Shown: positions 26,439 to 36,700 of the stretch, piece by piece
How the letters are laid out: each line of letters begins with the position of its first letter
Numbering within the stretch: the first letter of the stretch is position 1
NCBI GenBank assembly: GCA_964568655.1
Contig: CAZMRG010000001.1
Location: forward strand, 2,815-66,814
From: an uncultured Ignavibacteriales bacterium
GTDB lineage: Bacteria > Bacteroidota > Ignavibacteria > Tepidaquicellales > OLB5
Length of the DNA stretch: 64,000 bases
Direction: 5' to 3'
Position numbers and translations under genes: made by a program
Notes under the pieces: model-generated
Told to the model about the DNA's origin: nothing
The model's database searches: none
The model's input: the letters and a program-made list of their open reading frames with translations, nothing else

Positions 26439-28217
26439 ATGATAATATTAACAAACGCATCAGTATTTTCTTTCAGCGCTAACAGGGAGTTTGCCAGTTA
26501 TTACATTCTAATAAACGGCCTTAAAATAACGGATATGATAGACGTAAGAGATGCGAGGGCCGCGGAAAAACTGAAAGACTGGATGGGGAAATATCAGGAT
26601 TCAGCCGAAGTTTATGATTGCACCAATAAGATTGTCATGCCGACATTTATTAATGCTTGTTTAAAGTCTGAAGGCGCCCTAATCAATTACCTGCTTCGAA
26701 ACAGGCATTATGAAGTTCATGACGGCGATATTTACACCGATCTGATTTTCAATTATATCTACCAGGAACTTGAGCATAGCGAGATCAGCGAGGACCTTGA
26801 TAATATTTATAGTTTTTCATATGCAAGAAATCTGAAATCAGGCATTTCAGCGTTAAACGAGTTCTCGCTTAGGAAAGACGGGAATCACTTAAGCCATATT
26901 ACCAAGGCTCTCAAAATCACGGGACAGTCAGCTTCGGTTGCATACCCGGTGAGGCAGGAAATGGAAGAGATCAAAATGTTTAAGTTTTTGAATCCTGCAA
27001 ATTATCTTACCGATGAAAACCAGCTGACTATGTTTGATATCACATCTATTACTGAATTAAGAAGCCAGGGCGTTGAAAAATTGTTCCTAGAAATTGCCAC
27101 GAACAAAGATGTGACGGATAATTTCAGGCAGACATTCGGCAAACCTATAATTAAGTACCTTGATGAATACGGGCTTGTTGATACTAAAACATTTCTTATC
27201 AACCCGCTCTACCTGAGCTACGATGAATTAAAGATCATTAAAGAAAAAGGAGCGAGCGTAATTGTATGTCCAAGGGACCTGCTGTATTTTACACACAGGT
27301 ATTTCCCTATTGATGATTATATTAATTTCGGAATCAAATTCTCTATAGGTACCGGCTGGCTGGGCGAAGATATTTTTAAAGATCTGCGGTTCTTCAGGAA
27401 TAAATATAAGGAACTGAATCTTTCGAGCCTTGAACTGCTTAGGGCGATAACAATAACGCCTCACGATATGTTTTTCGGCGGCGATAAAAGCGGCGAGGAC
27501 GCTTTTACTATAGATATAAACAAGAGGGCCGATCTAACTATGATAGACCTCTCAGATATACGATTCCAGTTCTTCCCGCAAAGCATGGTTTTTGAAGATA
27601 TTTGCGATTTCATGGTTGATAACCTCACCTCGCTCAGTTTTTCCGACGTTATTTTAGGAGGGGAGTTCAGGGTTAAGAATGGCAGGCTGGTTAGCGCTGA
27701 TGAAGCGGAAATTATCAAAGCGGCGGCTTTCACCCGTGAGAGATTGTATAAAGTGGGAAAATATGAACAGCTTGCCGAAAGAAAGAGACAGAGAGAAAGC
27801 GTGCAGGAACTTGACCTTAGCGCCAGGGACTCCCAGGAAATAAAAATGTTCTCAGATTCGACAGGGGAAAGCACAGTTGAGGTATTTGATTCAAGAGAAG
27901 AATTCAGAATAAAGGGTAAAGTTTCATCTCCCAAGAGGAAAATTCCGCTGACGCAAAAAAATCTGTTCGATGATCTGGAGAAAAGCGCGTTTGTCCAGGC
28001 TGATGAATACAGGGAAACCCCTGAGTTTAACCTGCTGTTCACGGAGGTTAACGAGTTAAAGGAATTTGACGAAGAAATTCAGCATAATAAGCTTATCGAT
28101 GAAAAAATTCTGAAGCAATCAGCTTATGATAAGAAGATTGAAAAGAAGAAACCCGAAGGAGCGGACAGTAAAATTGAGCTTCCTAAAAATGTGAAGCTTC
28201 GCTTTGGCGATGATTAG
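26439..28217 (+). CDS. Amidohydrolase-fold-like protein with degenerate metal-binding motifs and a charged C-terminal extension
   Basis: 592 aa. The layout resembles ATZ/TRZ-type amidohydrolases (IILTNASVF..., NKIVMPTFINACLKSEG, VIVCPRDLLYF, FSIGTGWLGEDIF). However, the HxH position reads ACL and the GTD position reads GTG. The last ~170 aa are K/E/D/S-rich. Confidence 0.5.
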   Translation: MIILTNASVFSFSANREFASYYILINGLKITDMIDVRDARAAEKLKDWMGKYQDSAEVYDCTNKIVMPTFINACLKSEGALINYLLRNRHYEVHDGDIYTDLIFNYIYQELEHSEISEDLDNIYSFSYARNLKSGISALNEFSLRKDGNHLSHITKALKITGQSASVAYPVRQEMEEIKMFKFLNPANYLTDENQLTMFDITSITELRSQGVEKLFLEIATNKDVTDNFRQTFGKPIIKYLDEYGLVDTKTFLINPLYLSYDELKIIKEKGASVIVCPRDLLYFTHRYFPIDDYINFGIKFSIGTGWLGEDIFKDLRFFRNKYKELNLSSLELLRAITITPHDMFFGGDKSGEDAFTIDINKRADLTMIDLSDIRFQFFPQSMVFEDICDFMVDNLTSLSFSDVILGGEFRVKNGRLVSADEAEIIKAAAFTRERLYKVGKYEQLAERKRQRESVQELDLSARDSQEIKMFSDSTGESTVEVFDSREEFRIKGKVSSPKRKIPLTQKNLFDDLEKSAFVQADEYRETPEFNLLFTEVNELKEFDEEIQHNKLIDEKILKQSAYDKKIEKKKPEGADSKIELPKNVKLRFGDD

Positions 28218-28294
28218 AACCGGGATCAAAGAAGTAAAAGAACTTTCCAAATAATATTAACTACAAAAGACTCACAATACTGCTTGCCGTTGTT

Positions 28295-28660
28295 TTGATC
28301 GGGCTTCTTTCCGACCGTTTTGTATTTGTATCAAACGGGGTGAAAATTGATTTAAACCCGCCGGTACTTAGGGCAAGCGTCACATCAGAATTAACAGTAA
28401 GCGTTTACCCCATAAATTCACTTGGGTTCAAAACTCCGTTCGGAGAAACCAATGCAAGATTTGAAATTGAACAGGGCGCTAATCTGGTTCAAATGCAGGA
28501 TGTTTCACCGGGCATTGTAAAGATACGCTCTAAAGGAGTTGAAGGCGAGGCAACGCTTGGAATCTACGCTTTAAAATCGGGTGTCCTGCTTCAAAAACTT
28601 CTGATAAAAATCCTTCCCAAAGATCTAACCGCAAGGATCTTTGGAGCCCGCGCTACTTAA
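28295..28660 (+). CDS. Small exported Ig-like (Big_2-like) domain protein; true start probably upstream (ORF open from 28238)
   Basis: The track ORF has a TTG start at 28295. The same frame is open from 28238 and encodes ...NINYKRLTILLAVVLIGLLS, a signal/anchor helix that the TTG start would truncate. No ATG/GTG is available; the candidate starts are ATT at 28256 and CTG at 28280. Its 3' end overlaps the convergent gene by 8 bp. Confidence 0.45.
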   Translation: MIGLLSDRFVFVSNGVKIDLNPPVLRASVTSELTVSVYPINSLGFKTPFGETNARFEIEQGANLVQMQDVSPGIVKIRSKGVEGEATLGIYALKSGVLLQKLLIKILPKDLTARIFGARAT

Positions 28661-30146
28661 TAGAGTATAAAATTAATTTTGAAGATGAGTTCTGAAGCGG
28701 ATATTCTTTGCTGGGATATGCCGCAAGATATTTTAAGAGCTCATCGTTAATTTTCTCTTTTTCTACTATTGCAAGATATTCAGCCCCGTTTTGCTTCAAT
28801 GAATTTACAAGGCTTACACTTAAATCTCCCGTCCTGATCGACCAGCCATACCTGTGCGCGGGACCAAGTAATCTGGGATCTCTTGGGTCAGTATCAGTGA
28901 TAGACGCAATTACAAGGCTGTTTTGTCCGGTATTTTGTTCTATTATCTCCGCGGCATGCTGCCTTGTCCAGTCCGGTTTATAATACCATCTTTCAGTAAA
29001 CCAAATACAGTTGATTATCAGCGCAGCTAATAATATTGCCGTAATGACCGTTCCTTTATTCCCGCCTTTGGCGCTAAGCTTTCTGTAAATGTAATCGATC
29101 GATACAGCTATGAAAAATGAGGAAATTACCAGCAATGGAATTTGATAATAATCGTGGATGATATTTAAACTGAAAAATATCAGCAGGTATATTATTGTCC
29201 CTAATCCATAAAAACCAAAAATATTCTTCCTCGTTTCGCCGTCTGTTTTCAAAAATAATCCTGAAATAAAAAAAATTATGCCTATGTAACCTGTGCACGA
29301 TTCAACAAACCTGAAGAACAGCGTTTTCCAGTTTTCGAAATTCAGTCTTTGCGGCAAATCTCCAAAATACCATGAATCCATATTTGTAAATTTAAAATAG
29401 TCCGGTATGAAAGACCAATCGGGCGCCGATGCGTTTAATCTGACTGTATACACTTGCCAGATAATAAATGCGAGAACGGGAATGGCCAATATTGGCAGAG
29501 CTTTTAACAGGAATTTAATCTTTTTTTCTTTGAGTATGAAATATAACAATGGGATGTACAGAAAAAATACATAAGGCGCTTTTATTAAGAATGCAATTGT
29601 GCCCATCCCTGACCCAATTATTATAGCCCAATAACTTGACTTTTCAAATCCAATCAAATAATAATAGAACATTCCAAACGCGAAGAACAAAGTTGGAATG
29701 TCTATGAATAAAGCACGCGAATAATAAAGGCTCATTGGCGCCATCAGATAAATCAGCGTGGTTATGTTTGCAAGTCTTGCGTAAAAGAGCCGCTTTACTA
29801 TCCGGTTTAAGTAATAAGCTGAACCCAGCGAGAACAGTACTATCACAAGCCTGGCATAAAACAAACTATCGCCAAATATGGAATACAGAACTGATATTAT
29901 TACGGAGATCAAAGGGAACTCAAGGGCTAAGGTCCTGAAACCGCCCATCCAGCAAACGCCGGGCCTGAGTAAGTTTATTCCGTGAGTGAAAAAGTCGTAA
30001 GCATAGAATTCAGTATCAAACTGTCTCCATGCAAACGGCTCTTCGATTACGGAGCCGAAATGAAAAAATCTTTGCGCAATTAATATGATCAGGAAAATAA
30101 AAAAAAGGAAGGTGAGCTTTTTGGACCCGGGGCTGAAGCCTGGCAT
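28653..30146 (-). CDS. GT-C fold glycosyltransferase (ArnT/PMT_2-like)
   Basis: 497 aa with about 11-12 TM helices and a soluble C-terminal domain. The first loop AWRQFDTEFYAYDF is acidic, and PMT_2-like segments (LMAPMSLYYSRALFIDIPTLFFAFGMFYY) are present. The ATG overlaps the upstream stop (ATGA). Confidence 0.55.
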   Translation of the reverse strand: MPGFSPGSKKLTFLFFIFLIILIAQRFFHFGSVIEEPFAWRQFDTEFYAYDFFTHGINLLRPGVCWMGGFRTLALEFPLISVIISVLYSIFGDSLFYARLVIVLFSLGSAYYLNRIVKRLFYARLANITTLIYLMAPMSLYYSRALFIDIPTLFFAFGMFYYYLIGFEKSSYWAIIIGSGMGTIAFLIKAPYVFFLYIPLLYFILKEKKIKFLLKALPILAIPVLAFIIWQVYTVRLNASAPDWSFIPDYFKFTNMDSWYFGDLPQRLNFENWKTLFFRFVESCTGYIGIIFFISGLFLKTDGETRKNIFGFYGLGTIIYLLIFFSLNIIHDYYQIPLLVISSFFIAVSIDYIYRKLSAKGGNKGTVITAILLAALIINCIWFTERWYYKPDWTRQHAAEIIEQNTGQNSLVIASITDTDPRDPRLLGPAHRYGWSIRTGDLSVSLVNSLKQNGAEYLAIVEKEKINDELLKYLAAYPSKEYPLQNSSSKLILYSIK

Positions 30147-30433
30147 CAGCTTTTTGCCCTGGCTTTACCGCTGTAGTAAAACTTATAGAATATCGTCTCA
30201 ATAACCGTTAGCAGCAGAAGTGAAAAAGCGGCGCGCGGGAACATGAGGCTTAAGCCTTCAGGCTTTATGAAAAAGCCCAGCAGGAACTCCGAAAAAGTCC
30301 AACCCACGCTGAAGATAATGATAATAAAAAGAATGCTCAAAAAGGCGCTTAATCCGCCTTCTTCAATTAAATTCTTTGTGAACATATAAACAAGAAATAC
30401 AACATGAGCGTAAAAAACAATTACCGGTATCAT
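30146..30433 (-). CDS. Small 3-TM membrane protein, unknown
   Basis: 95 aa. It starts 3 nt after the stop of the phosphoglycosyl transferase gene, and its stop overlaps the GT-C start. Confidence 0.5.
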   Translation of the reverse strand: MIPVIVFYAHVVFLVYMFTKNLIEEGGLSAFLSILFIIIIFSVGWTFSEFLLGFFIKPEGLSLMFPRAAFSLLLLTVIETIFYKFYYSGKARAKS

Positions 30434-30436
30434 ATG

Positions 30437-31861
30437 CTAAAAAGCCGCCTTTGAAAAAAACATTTCTTTTAACGTTTTCATAATAATTTTCAGGTCAAAT
30501 ATCACAGACCAGTTCTCAATATAATAAATATCATACTCAATTCTCTCTGCAATAGAAGTATCCGAGCCCCTGAGCCCGTTTACCTGCGCCCAGCCGGTAA
30601 TGCCGCATTTCACCCTGTGGCGCTCAAGGTATTTAGGGATCTTCTCTTTCATCAGGTTAACAAAATGCTCGCGTTCAGGCCGCGGGCCTACTATGCTCAT
30701 TTCACCTCTTAACACATTTATGAACTGGGGAAGCTCGTCAAGCGAGAATTTTCTCAGGAACTCTCCTATCGGTGTGTAGCGAGTATCGTTTTTCTTTACG
30801 AATACTGCCCCTGTCTCTTTTTCAGCGTTGATCACCATAGACCTGAACTTTATCATACGGAAGTTTTTGCCCGTCATGCTGACCCTCTCCTGCCTATAGA
30901 ATACCGGCCCGCGCGAAGTAAACTTAACCGCCAGCGCCAGCATAATAAATAAAGGGGAAGATATGATCATAACGCTCAATGCAAAAGTGAAATCAAATAT
31001 ACGCTTCACCATCTTGTTCCATATGTTCATGGGGATGCTTTTTATCTTCAGGAACGGAATCGAATCTATTTCCTGCACCCTGACTGATGATGTTATCATC
31101 TCAAGAAAATCAGGCGCCAGCAGGAACTCGATATTCTCGCCCTCGCATTGCCTCATTAGCTCGAAAAGCTCGTCGTTCTGTTTGGAAGGCAGCGCGATTA
31201 GAACAGTATCCACTTTATTATTTTTAATAGCGTCAAGTATTCCTGAAAATGTTCCGAGCCTGTTTCTTCCTTCAAGAAAGTTTTCTCCGTCAAAATCATC
31301 CTCTTCAATGTATCCAACAATATTATATCCGGCGTAAGGATGTTTGATAAAATTATCGTAGATATCTTTGGCGGCTGAATTATTTCCAACAACCAATGCG
31401 TTTCTGCGCGCTTTCCCTTTATTATAAAGCGTCTTTTCTATCTTTAAAACAATGTACCTGCCAAACGTTATAAATATCAAAGTGGTTATCCATAACAATA
31501 CAAATACGAGCCTTGAATAAGGGAAAACCCTGTAAAAGAAAATAAGCCCGAATGAGAAAATTATTCCGAAAGTTACAAGCCTGCCGATGAGAAAAAATTC
31601 GTCAAAAATGAACACAACCCTTCGCGGGCGGTACATTTTTCTCGACTGGAATATCAATATCCAGACAGGCATCGCCATTAATGAAAGCGTTATGTATCCG
31701 CTGATAGGAGGGACAGGGCCGTCTAAAGGAAATATTTTGCTTAACGGAGAATAGAACCTGAGCCAAAATGACAACAGGAAGGAAGCTTCAATAGCTGCCA
31801 GGTCCGACAATATTGTAATTGCAGGAACCAGAATTTCGGAAGTATTCGACTTTTTTTGCAA
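30437..31861 (-). CDS. Polyprenyl-phosphate hexose-1-phosphate transferase (WbaP/EPS 'bacterial sugar transferase' family)
   Basis: 474 aa with a TTG start, N-terminal TM helices and a central Rossmann-like domain. The C-terminal region reads KRIFDFTFALSVMIISSPLFIMLALAVKFTSRGPVFYRQERV...FRMIKFRSM...DTRYTPIGEFLRKFSLDELPQFINVLRGEMSIVGPRPE. Confidence 0.9.
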   Translation of the reverse strand: MQKKSNTSEILVPAITILSDLAAIEASFLLSFWLRFYSPLSKIFPLDGPVPPISGYITLSLMAMPVWILIFQSRKMYRPRRVVFIFDEFFLIGRLVTFGIIFSFGLIFFYRVFPYSRLVFVLLWITTLIFITFGRYIVLKIEKTLYNKGKARRNALVVGNNSAAKDIYDNFIKHPYAGYNIVGYIEEDDFDGENFLEGRNRLGTFSGILDAIKNNKVDTVLIALPSKQNDELFELMRQCEGENIEFLLAPDFLEMITSSVRVQEIDSIPFLKIKSIPMNIWNKMVKRIFDFTFALSVMIISSPLFIMLALAVKFTSRGPVFYRQERVSMTGKNFRMIKFRSMVINAEKETGAVFVKKNDTRYTPIGEFLRKFSLDELPQFINVLRGEMSIVGPRPEREHFVNLMKEKIPKYLERHRVKCGITGWAQVNGLRGSDTSIAERIEYDIYYIENWSVIFDLKIIMKTLKEMFFSKAAF

Positions 31862-32005
31862 AATCAGCCTAAATATGCATGTTTTTTCTATTCGAATATA
31901 TAAAAATCAATCATTATTAAATATGTATATGAATTACCCTTATGTTTTTAAGAACGCCATTTTCCATTTAGAAATTGATAAAATGAAACTAACTTGTATA
32001 TCATT

Positions 32006-33124
32006 ATGAATATTTTACTATTAAATGCTCTTGATATATATGGGGGCGGCGAGTTCTTTGTCTACCAGTTTGCCGACCTACTGAAAAAGAATGGCCATAA
32101 CGTATGGGTTTCATGCAGGAAAGATAACCTGATCTATGAAAAATGTATCAAGGCTGGTATAAATGTTTTTCCTCTTGACTATCCCAAAAAGGGAAAAGGA
32201 AAACTGCTGAAAATTATTAACGCGCTCAAAAAGTTCATAGTCCAAAACAAAATTGACCTTGTGCATTCCAATACAAATTATGACAGGACCGCGGGGGCTT
32301 TTGCAGCCAAATGGGCAGGCGTTAAACATGTAACAACTAACCATAGCTTCCACTCGATTGAGTATAACCCAACGCACTGGTACCGCAATACAAGGCTTGT
32401 GGACCAATTTATTGTTGACGGAGAGTGCACTAAAGAACTTTTGCTGAAAGACGATAGTATTGAAGAAGACAAAATTACTTTGATACACCTTGGAATAGCT
32501 CCGGACACTATGAAACGGGATTTCAAGCTGCGCGCTAAGATCAGAAATGAATTTAGTTTAGGCGATAAACAAATTCTTATCGGCAACGTCGGGCGGATGG
32601 TTGAATTCAAGGGGCAGGAGTACTTACTCAGGGCATTCCCCGCGGCGCTTCAGAAATTTCCGGATTCCAGATTAATGATAGTTGGCAGCGGGAAACTCGA
32701 AAAGCAGCTTCACTCACTGGCGGAATCTCTTGGAGTAAAGAATGAAGTTATTTTCCCCGGATTCAGAGACGATATGCAGGCGGTTTATTCATCATTTGAT
32801 ATCTATGCGCATACATCAGTTGAGGGCGGCGGCGAAACATTTCCGTATTCAATGCTATATGCGCTGGCACAGGGGCTGCCAATGGTGATAACAAGAGTCG
32901 GCGATATGCCTGCTATGGTTGATGATGGAGGAAACGGCTTTATAGTGGAAGATAAGAAACCTCATTTGATATCTGAAAAACTTATTTTATTGCTTGGAGA
33001 TGAAAATCTCAGAAAGAAAATGGGGGAGGAAAGCCTGAAGATAATTAACTCAAGGTTTACGGAAGATGTAATGCTTAAAAACATTGAAGGCGTTTATAAA
33101 AAAGCTTTGGGAATAAAAGAGTGA
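32006..33124 (+). CDS. GT4-family glycosyltransferase
   Basis: The track start is TTG at 31994. The ATG at 32006 gives MNILLLNALDIYGGGE. The C-terminal region is ...GGGETFPYSMLYALAQGLPMVITRVGDMPAMVDDGGNGFIVE (EX7E-type region). Confidence 0.85.
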   Translation: MNILLLNALDIYGGGEFFVYQFADLLKKNGHNVWVSCRKDNLIYEKCIKAGINVFPLDYPKKGKGKLLKIINALKKFIVQNKIDLVHSNTNYDRTAGAFAAKWAGVKHVTTNHSFHSIEYNPTHWYRNTRLVDQFIVDGECTKELLLKDDSIEEDKITLIHLGIAPDTMKRDFKLRAKIRNEFSLGDKQILIGNVGRMVEFKGQEYLLRAFPAALQKFPDSRLMIVGSGKLEKQLHSLAESLGVKNEVIFPGFRDDMQAVYSSFDIYAHTSVEGGGETFPYSMLYALAQGLPMVITRVGDMPAMVDDGGNGFIVEDKKPHLISEKLILLLGDENLRKKMGEESLKIINSRFTEDVMLKNIEGVYKKALGIKE

Positions 33125-33217
33125 CGAATCCGGGGGTCAAAAGAGTGTCTTTTTTTTACTAAATTGCACTACTGGAATTTAGAAATCAAACTTTAATAAA
33201 ATCAGAAAGGTAATATT

Positions 33218-33628
33218 ATGCACAAAATGAAGGTTTTTATCGGAATCCTTGCTTTAGTTGTATTAGCAGGATTTACAAATAAAGCTTACAGTCAAAGCGC
33301 CCCGGTTATGTATTTCTGCGAGAAATATGACGGCGGCGAAGTAGGGATCAGCGACCGTTTTACCACAGGTTATTTAACAGTTATGGTAAAATGCGATTAC
33401 GCATTGGGCCTAACCGACGTTACAATCCAGTTCGATAAGTTTAATTGCAGCACAAATAAATTCGATTACTACAAAGATTTTCCATACACAGTAACCGCTG
33501 ATATGAAGTATATATATTTTGCAAGCAAAGACCTGAACTTTGATAAACCCGGGGTTTTCAGAGTGTACTTGCTTAACAGCTCAAGACAAACCGTGGCGAG
33601 CGCATTGATCGAAATAGTTAATAAGTAG
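33218..33628 (+). CDS. Small secreted protein, 'YFCE[KR]Y' family (paralog of 58517-58939)
   Basis: 136 aa with a signal peptide ending AYSQS. MYFCEKYDGGEVGISDRFTTGYLTVMVK...FPYTV...YIYF...GVFRVYLL...ALIEIV is colinear with the 140-aa lipoprotein at 58.5 kb. Confidence 0.6.
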   Translation: MHKMKVFIGILALVVLAGFTNKAYSQSAPVMYFCEKYDGGEVGISDRFTTGYLTVMVKCDYALGLTDVTIQFDKFNCSTNKFDYYKDFPYTVTADMKYIYFASKDLNFDKPGVFRVYLLNSSRQTVASALIEIVNK

Positions 33629-33653
33629 TTCTTCGGTAAATAGTTTTGTAAAA

Positions 33654-33682
33654 TAAAAAAAGGGGCGCTAAAGCCCCTTTTT
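33654..33682. terminator. Bidirectional rho-independent terminator
   Basis: AAAAAAAAGGGGC-GCTAAA-GCCCCTTTTT, located between convergent genes ending at 33628 (+) and 33708 (-). Confidence 0.8.
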
Positions 33683-33707
33683 CGTGCTTTATATTTCTTT
33701 TTTAAAT

Positions 33708-36700
33708 CTACTTTATTAGCACCATCTTCTTACTATCCACAAAAGTCCCGGCTTCTATCCTGTAGAAATATAAACCAGAGGCGTATGATGAACCGTTAAA
33801 GCTGAAATCATATGTGCCAGCCAATTTGTATTCGGTCTTAGAGAAAACTACTTTTCCAAGCAGATCATATACTTTAATAGAAACCAATCCATCTTTTGGC
33901 AGATCGTATTTGATCATTGTTTCAGGATTGAACGGATTTGGATAGTTCTGGTAAAGCTTAAATACCTTCGGAATGCTGATATTGTTTTGACCGGTTTTAA
34001 TGCTTGCTTTGCTTTGTATCCCCAAAACCATCATCATATCCGATGCAATTTTTTCTTTGAATTCCTTTTTTGTTGACGGATTGAACTTAACCGTCCGTGA
34101 TTGTAACTCGGCTTTATCATCTTTTGTATATTTTTCATTTTTACGAGCTTTGCCCTCATTATCCGATTCTTCTTTTTGTTTCTTTAGAAACACATCTTTA
34201 ACCAGTTTATGCGGATCCTTGTTTTGGAATTTTGCTTCTGGATATTCCAGCTTGGAAACTATATTTGGCGCGCCGCCTCCGCTGTTCATTAGCAATACAA
34301 CAGCCGCTCTATCCCAGCTCGCCGTTAGCCTTCTCAGCGGGTCGGGATTGTAATTCATTATATTTTCGTATCCCGCTATAGCTTCGGTGAACGCTCTTTG
34401 CTTTACAAGGCACATTAAATAATAATTGTATGCTTTTTCAACAAAGTTTGTTAAGTCCTGATAGTCGGATATTTTTTGAACAAGATATGTTTTTAACTGT
34501 CCGAATAATACCGTTGTGGTATTTTGGTTATTTGAAGTATCGGAAGCCTGATAGCATAAATATAATTCATCCAAAGCTGAGGCAAGATACTTACTTGTGT
34601 CGTATGTATTTATTAGTTGCACTGAATTACTTATAGCTTCTGAATAATCTTTTTGCATTTTCTGATGCAGGATAAGCGCATACAAAGTACGATCATTATT
34701 TACTGGAGGAGCTTTTGTAACGCTTGACTCACCTCCGCCTAAACCACCGTTTCCGGGCCCGGGAGTGACAGATATTGAATCATAAATGCCGCCGCCCATA
34801 TTGGTTACAGCATAACTGATTGGCGTGTTATCGCCTGTAGATGGACAGGTTTCGCTTGTTGGAGTATAGTTAACGCCTGCCAGATTACCTCCGCAATAGA
34901 TTTGGAATTGCGGTGGTGTAGTATTCCAATAGTTGTTTGCCGCGGCATAATATGGATTCATACTGCAAAGATTTGGCAGGTCGCCGCTTATGTGGCTATT
35001 CGTAGGTATATCGTAAATATAAAAGCAGTTTTTACCCTGGTCTGTGTACAAATTACTTCCTGATTCGAAATAAGCGCAGGTGTATGATTTTTGCGCGTCT
35101 TTATAATCCAGATATATTTTGTTGTAACCGCCGTACCAAGTAAATGTGCCGTCGCCGTTTAATACAGGGGCTAGCCGCGCCGTGGAATTTTCGACCATTG
35201 TTAAAGTATTGCCTGTAAGCGATTTTAAGCTATTATTGTAAAAATTAAGATTACAGCTTATAAGCTCCGCTGCCAAACTGTAATTATCATTCTGGAAATT
35301 ATTATTCTTGAAATCGCCGGCAATGTTGTAAGCCAATAAGCCTGTTATACCGCCTGAATTTGGCCCGTAGAAATTATTATAAGTAATATAGAAAGGCGTT
35401 ATGATTCCGGCATAGCAATCAAGCCTTATCTGCGCGCCTGTTCCGCCTTCGAAAGTGTTATAGTTTATATCCAGATGATAATTTTCAGGAAGCTCGCCAA
35501 GATCATTTGTTACCTCAAGCAGATCGCCAGTGAGATTGTAACAGTTAAATATATTGCTTAAAACATAAAGATTTGTACCGTTATCTATTGTTACTTTTCC
35601 ATCATTAAAAGTATTTCCCGATATGTTAATTTGACTGGTGTCGTGATATTTATCATTTGAAATATCAACGCAGGTTGCGGCTCCTGTGAATGTGCAATTT
35701 GATATTGAACAGGCGCCGCCATTTGTAAACTTTAAACCGTTCCATGAAGTACCGGTAAAAGTGCAGCCGTTGGCGTTCAAATATGCTCCATTAGTAAATT
35801 CAATTCCTGAATTCTGGTCAAATGAAATTGTGGTACCCGGATTAGCTTCCAGATAAGAATCCGGGCCATCAAATACAATTTTGCAATTTTGACCGAGATT
35901 AACTTGTGCCTGGTCATTAAGTATAATATGTCCGCCGCTATCAGGGCAGCCTATATTATTTGAATAATTATCTGAATAAGGACAGTTTATTCCTATATTG
36001 TATTTGCCATTTTCGCTGAGAGTGTATTGTAAACCGCGGGTTATGGCGTTGCAGTTATTTACAACAGCATTATCATGAATATATATTTCTGAATATTGCG
36101 AGCAAAGTATTTCAGAATGATAATCCCACAACATATGTGAATTCCCATATAATGAAATTGTGGCATGCGGCCATAAATTAATAACGCCGTTAGTACTGAC
36201 TTCGGAATGACAATTATTTTGAAATACAACGGAAGAACCCGATGCCGGATTCATAGATCCTTTAACGTTCAGGTTTGCATACGGTTCAATTAACAAAAAG
36301 GTTCCGAGACCGGAATTTGGCAGATCATAAGGATTAAAAGTCAACGTATGCCAATTAGGATAAGAGCCTATATTTAATGATGCGCCGGTTTGAGTACTTG
36401 GATCGCCCTCGATTATTATTGATGGCGGAGAATTTTCAATGTACGGTGCAGAAGTTGGAGTAGAAATATTTTTCTCAATTGTCAAATTTAAAGATAACAC
36501 TCCAAATTCTTCTCTTTGAAAAATGTGATTTTGGTTTAATATTCCACCACCTGGATTACAATCTTTTCTTGGATCTTGTGGTATTACTGTATAAGGATTA
36601 TTTATTTGTTGACCAGAATTGTATCTAAAATCACCGTAGGCTTTATTTCGCCAAAAGTTTGGATAAACTTGATGCCAAGATTCAATTTTTCTGTTTGAAG

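Noticed and set aside
27461-28042. 193-aa minus-strand ORF
   Set aside because: It is antisense to the charged C-terminal extension of the 592-aa gene. It is Ser/Leu-rich low-complexity sequence with no independent support.
33121-33160. T9 tract after the GT4 gene as a terminator
   Set aside because: The preceding sequence forms only a 3-4 bp stem, so there is insufficient hairpin to call a rho-independent terminator.
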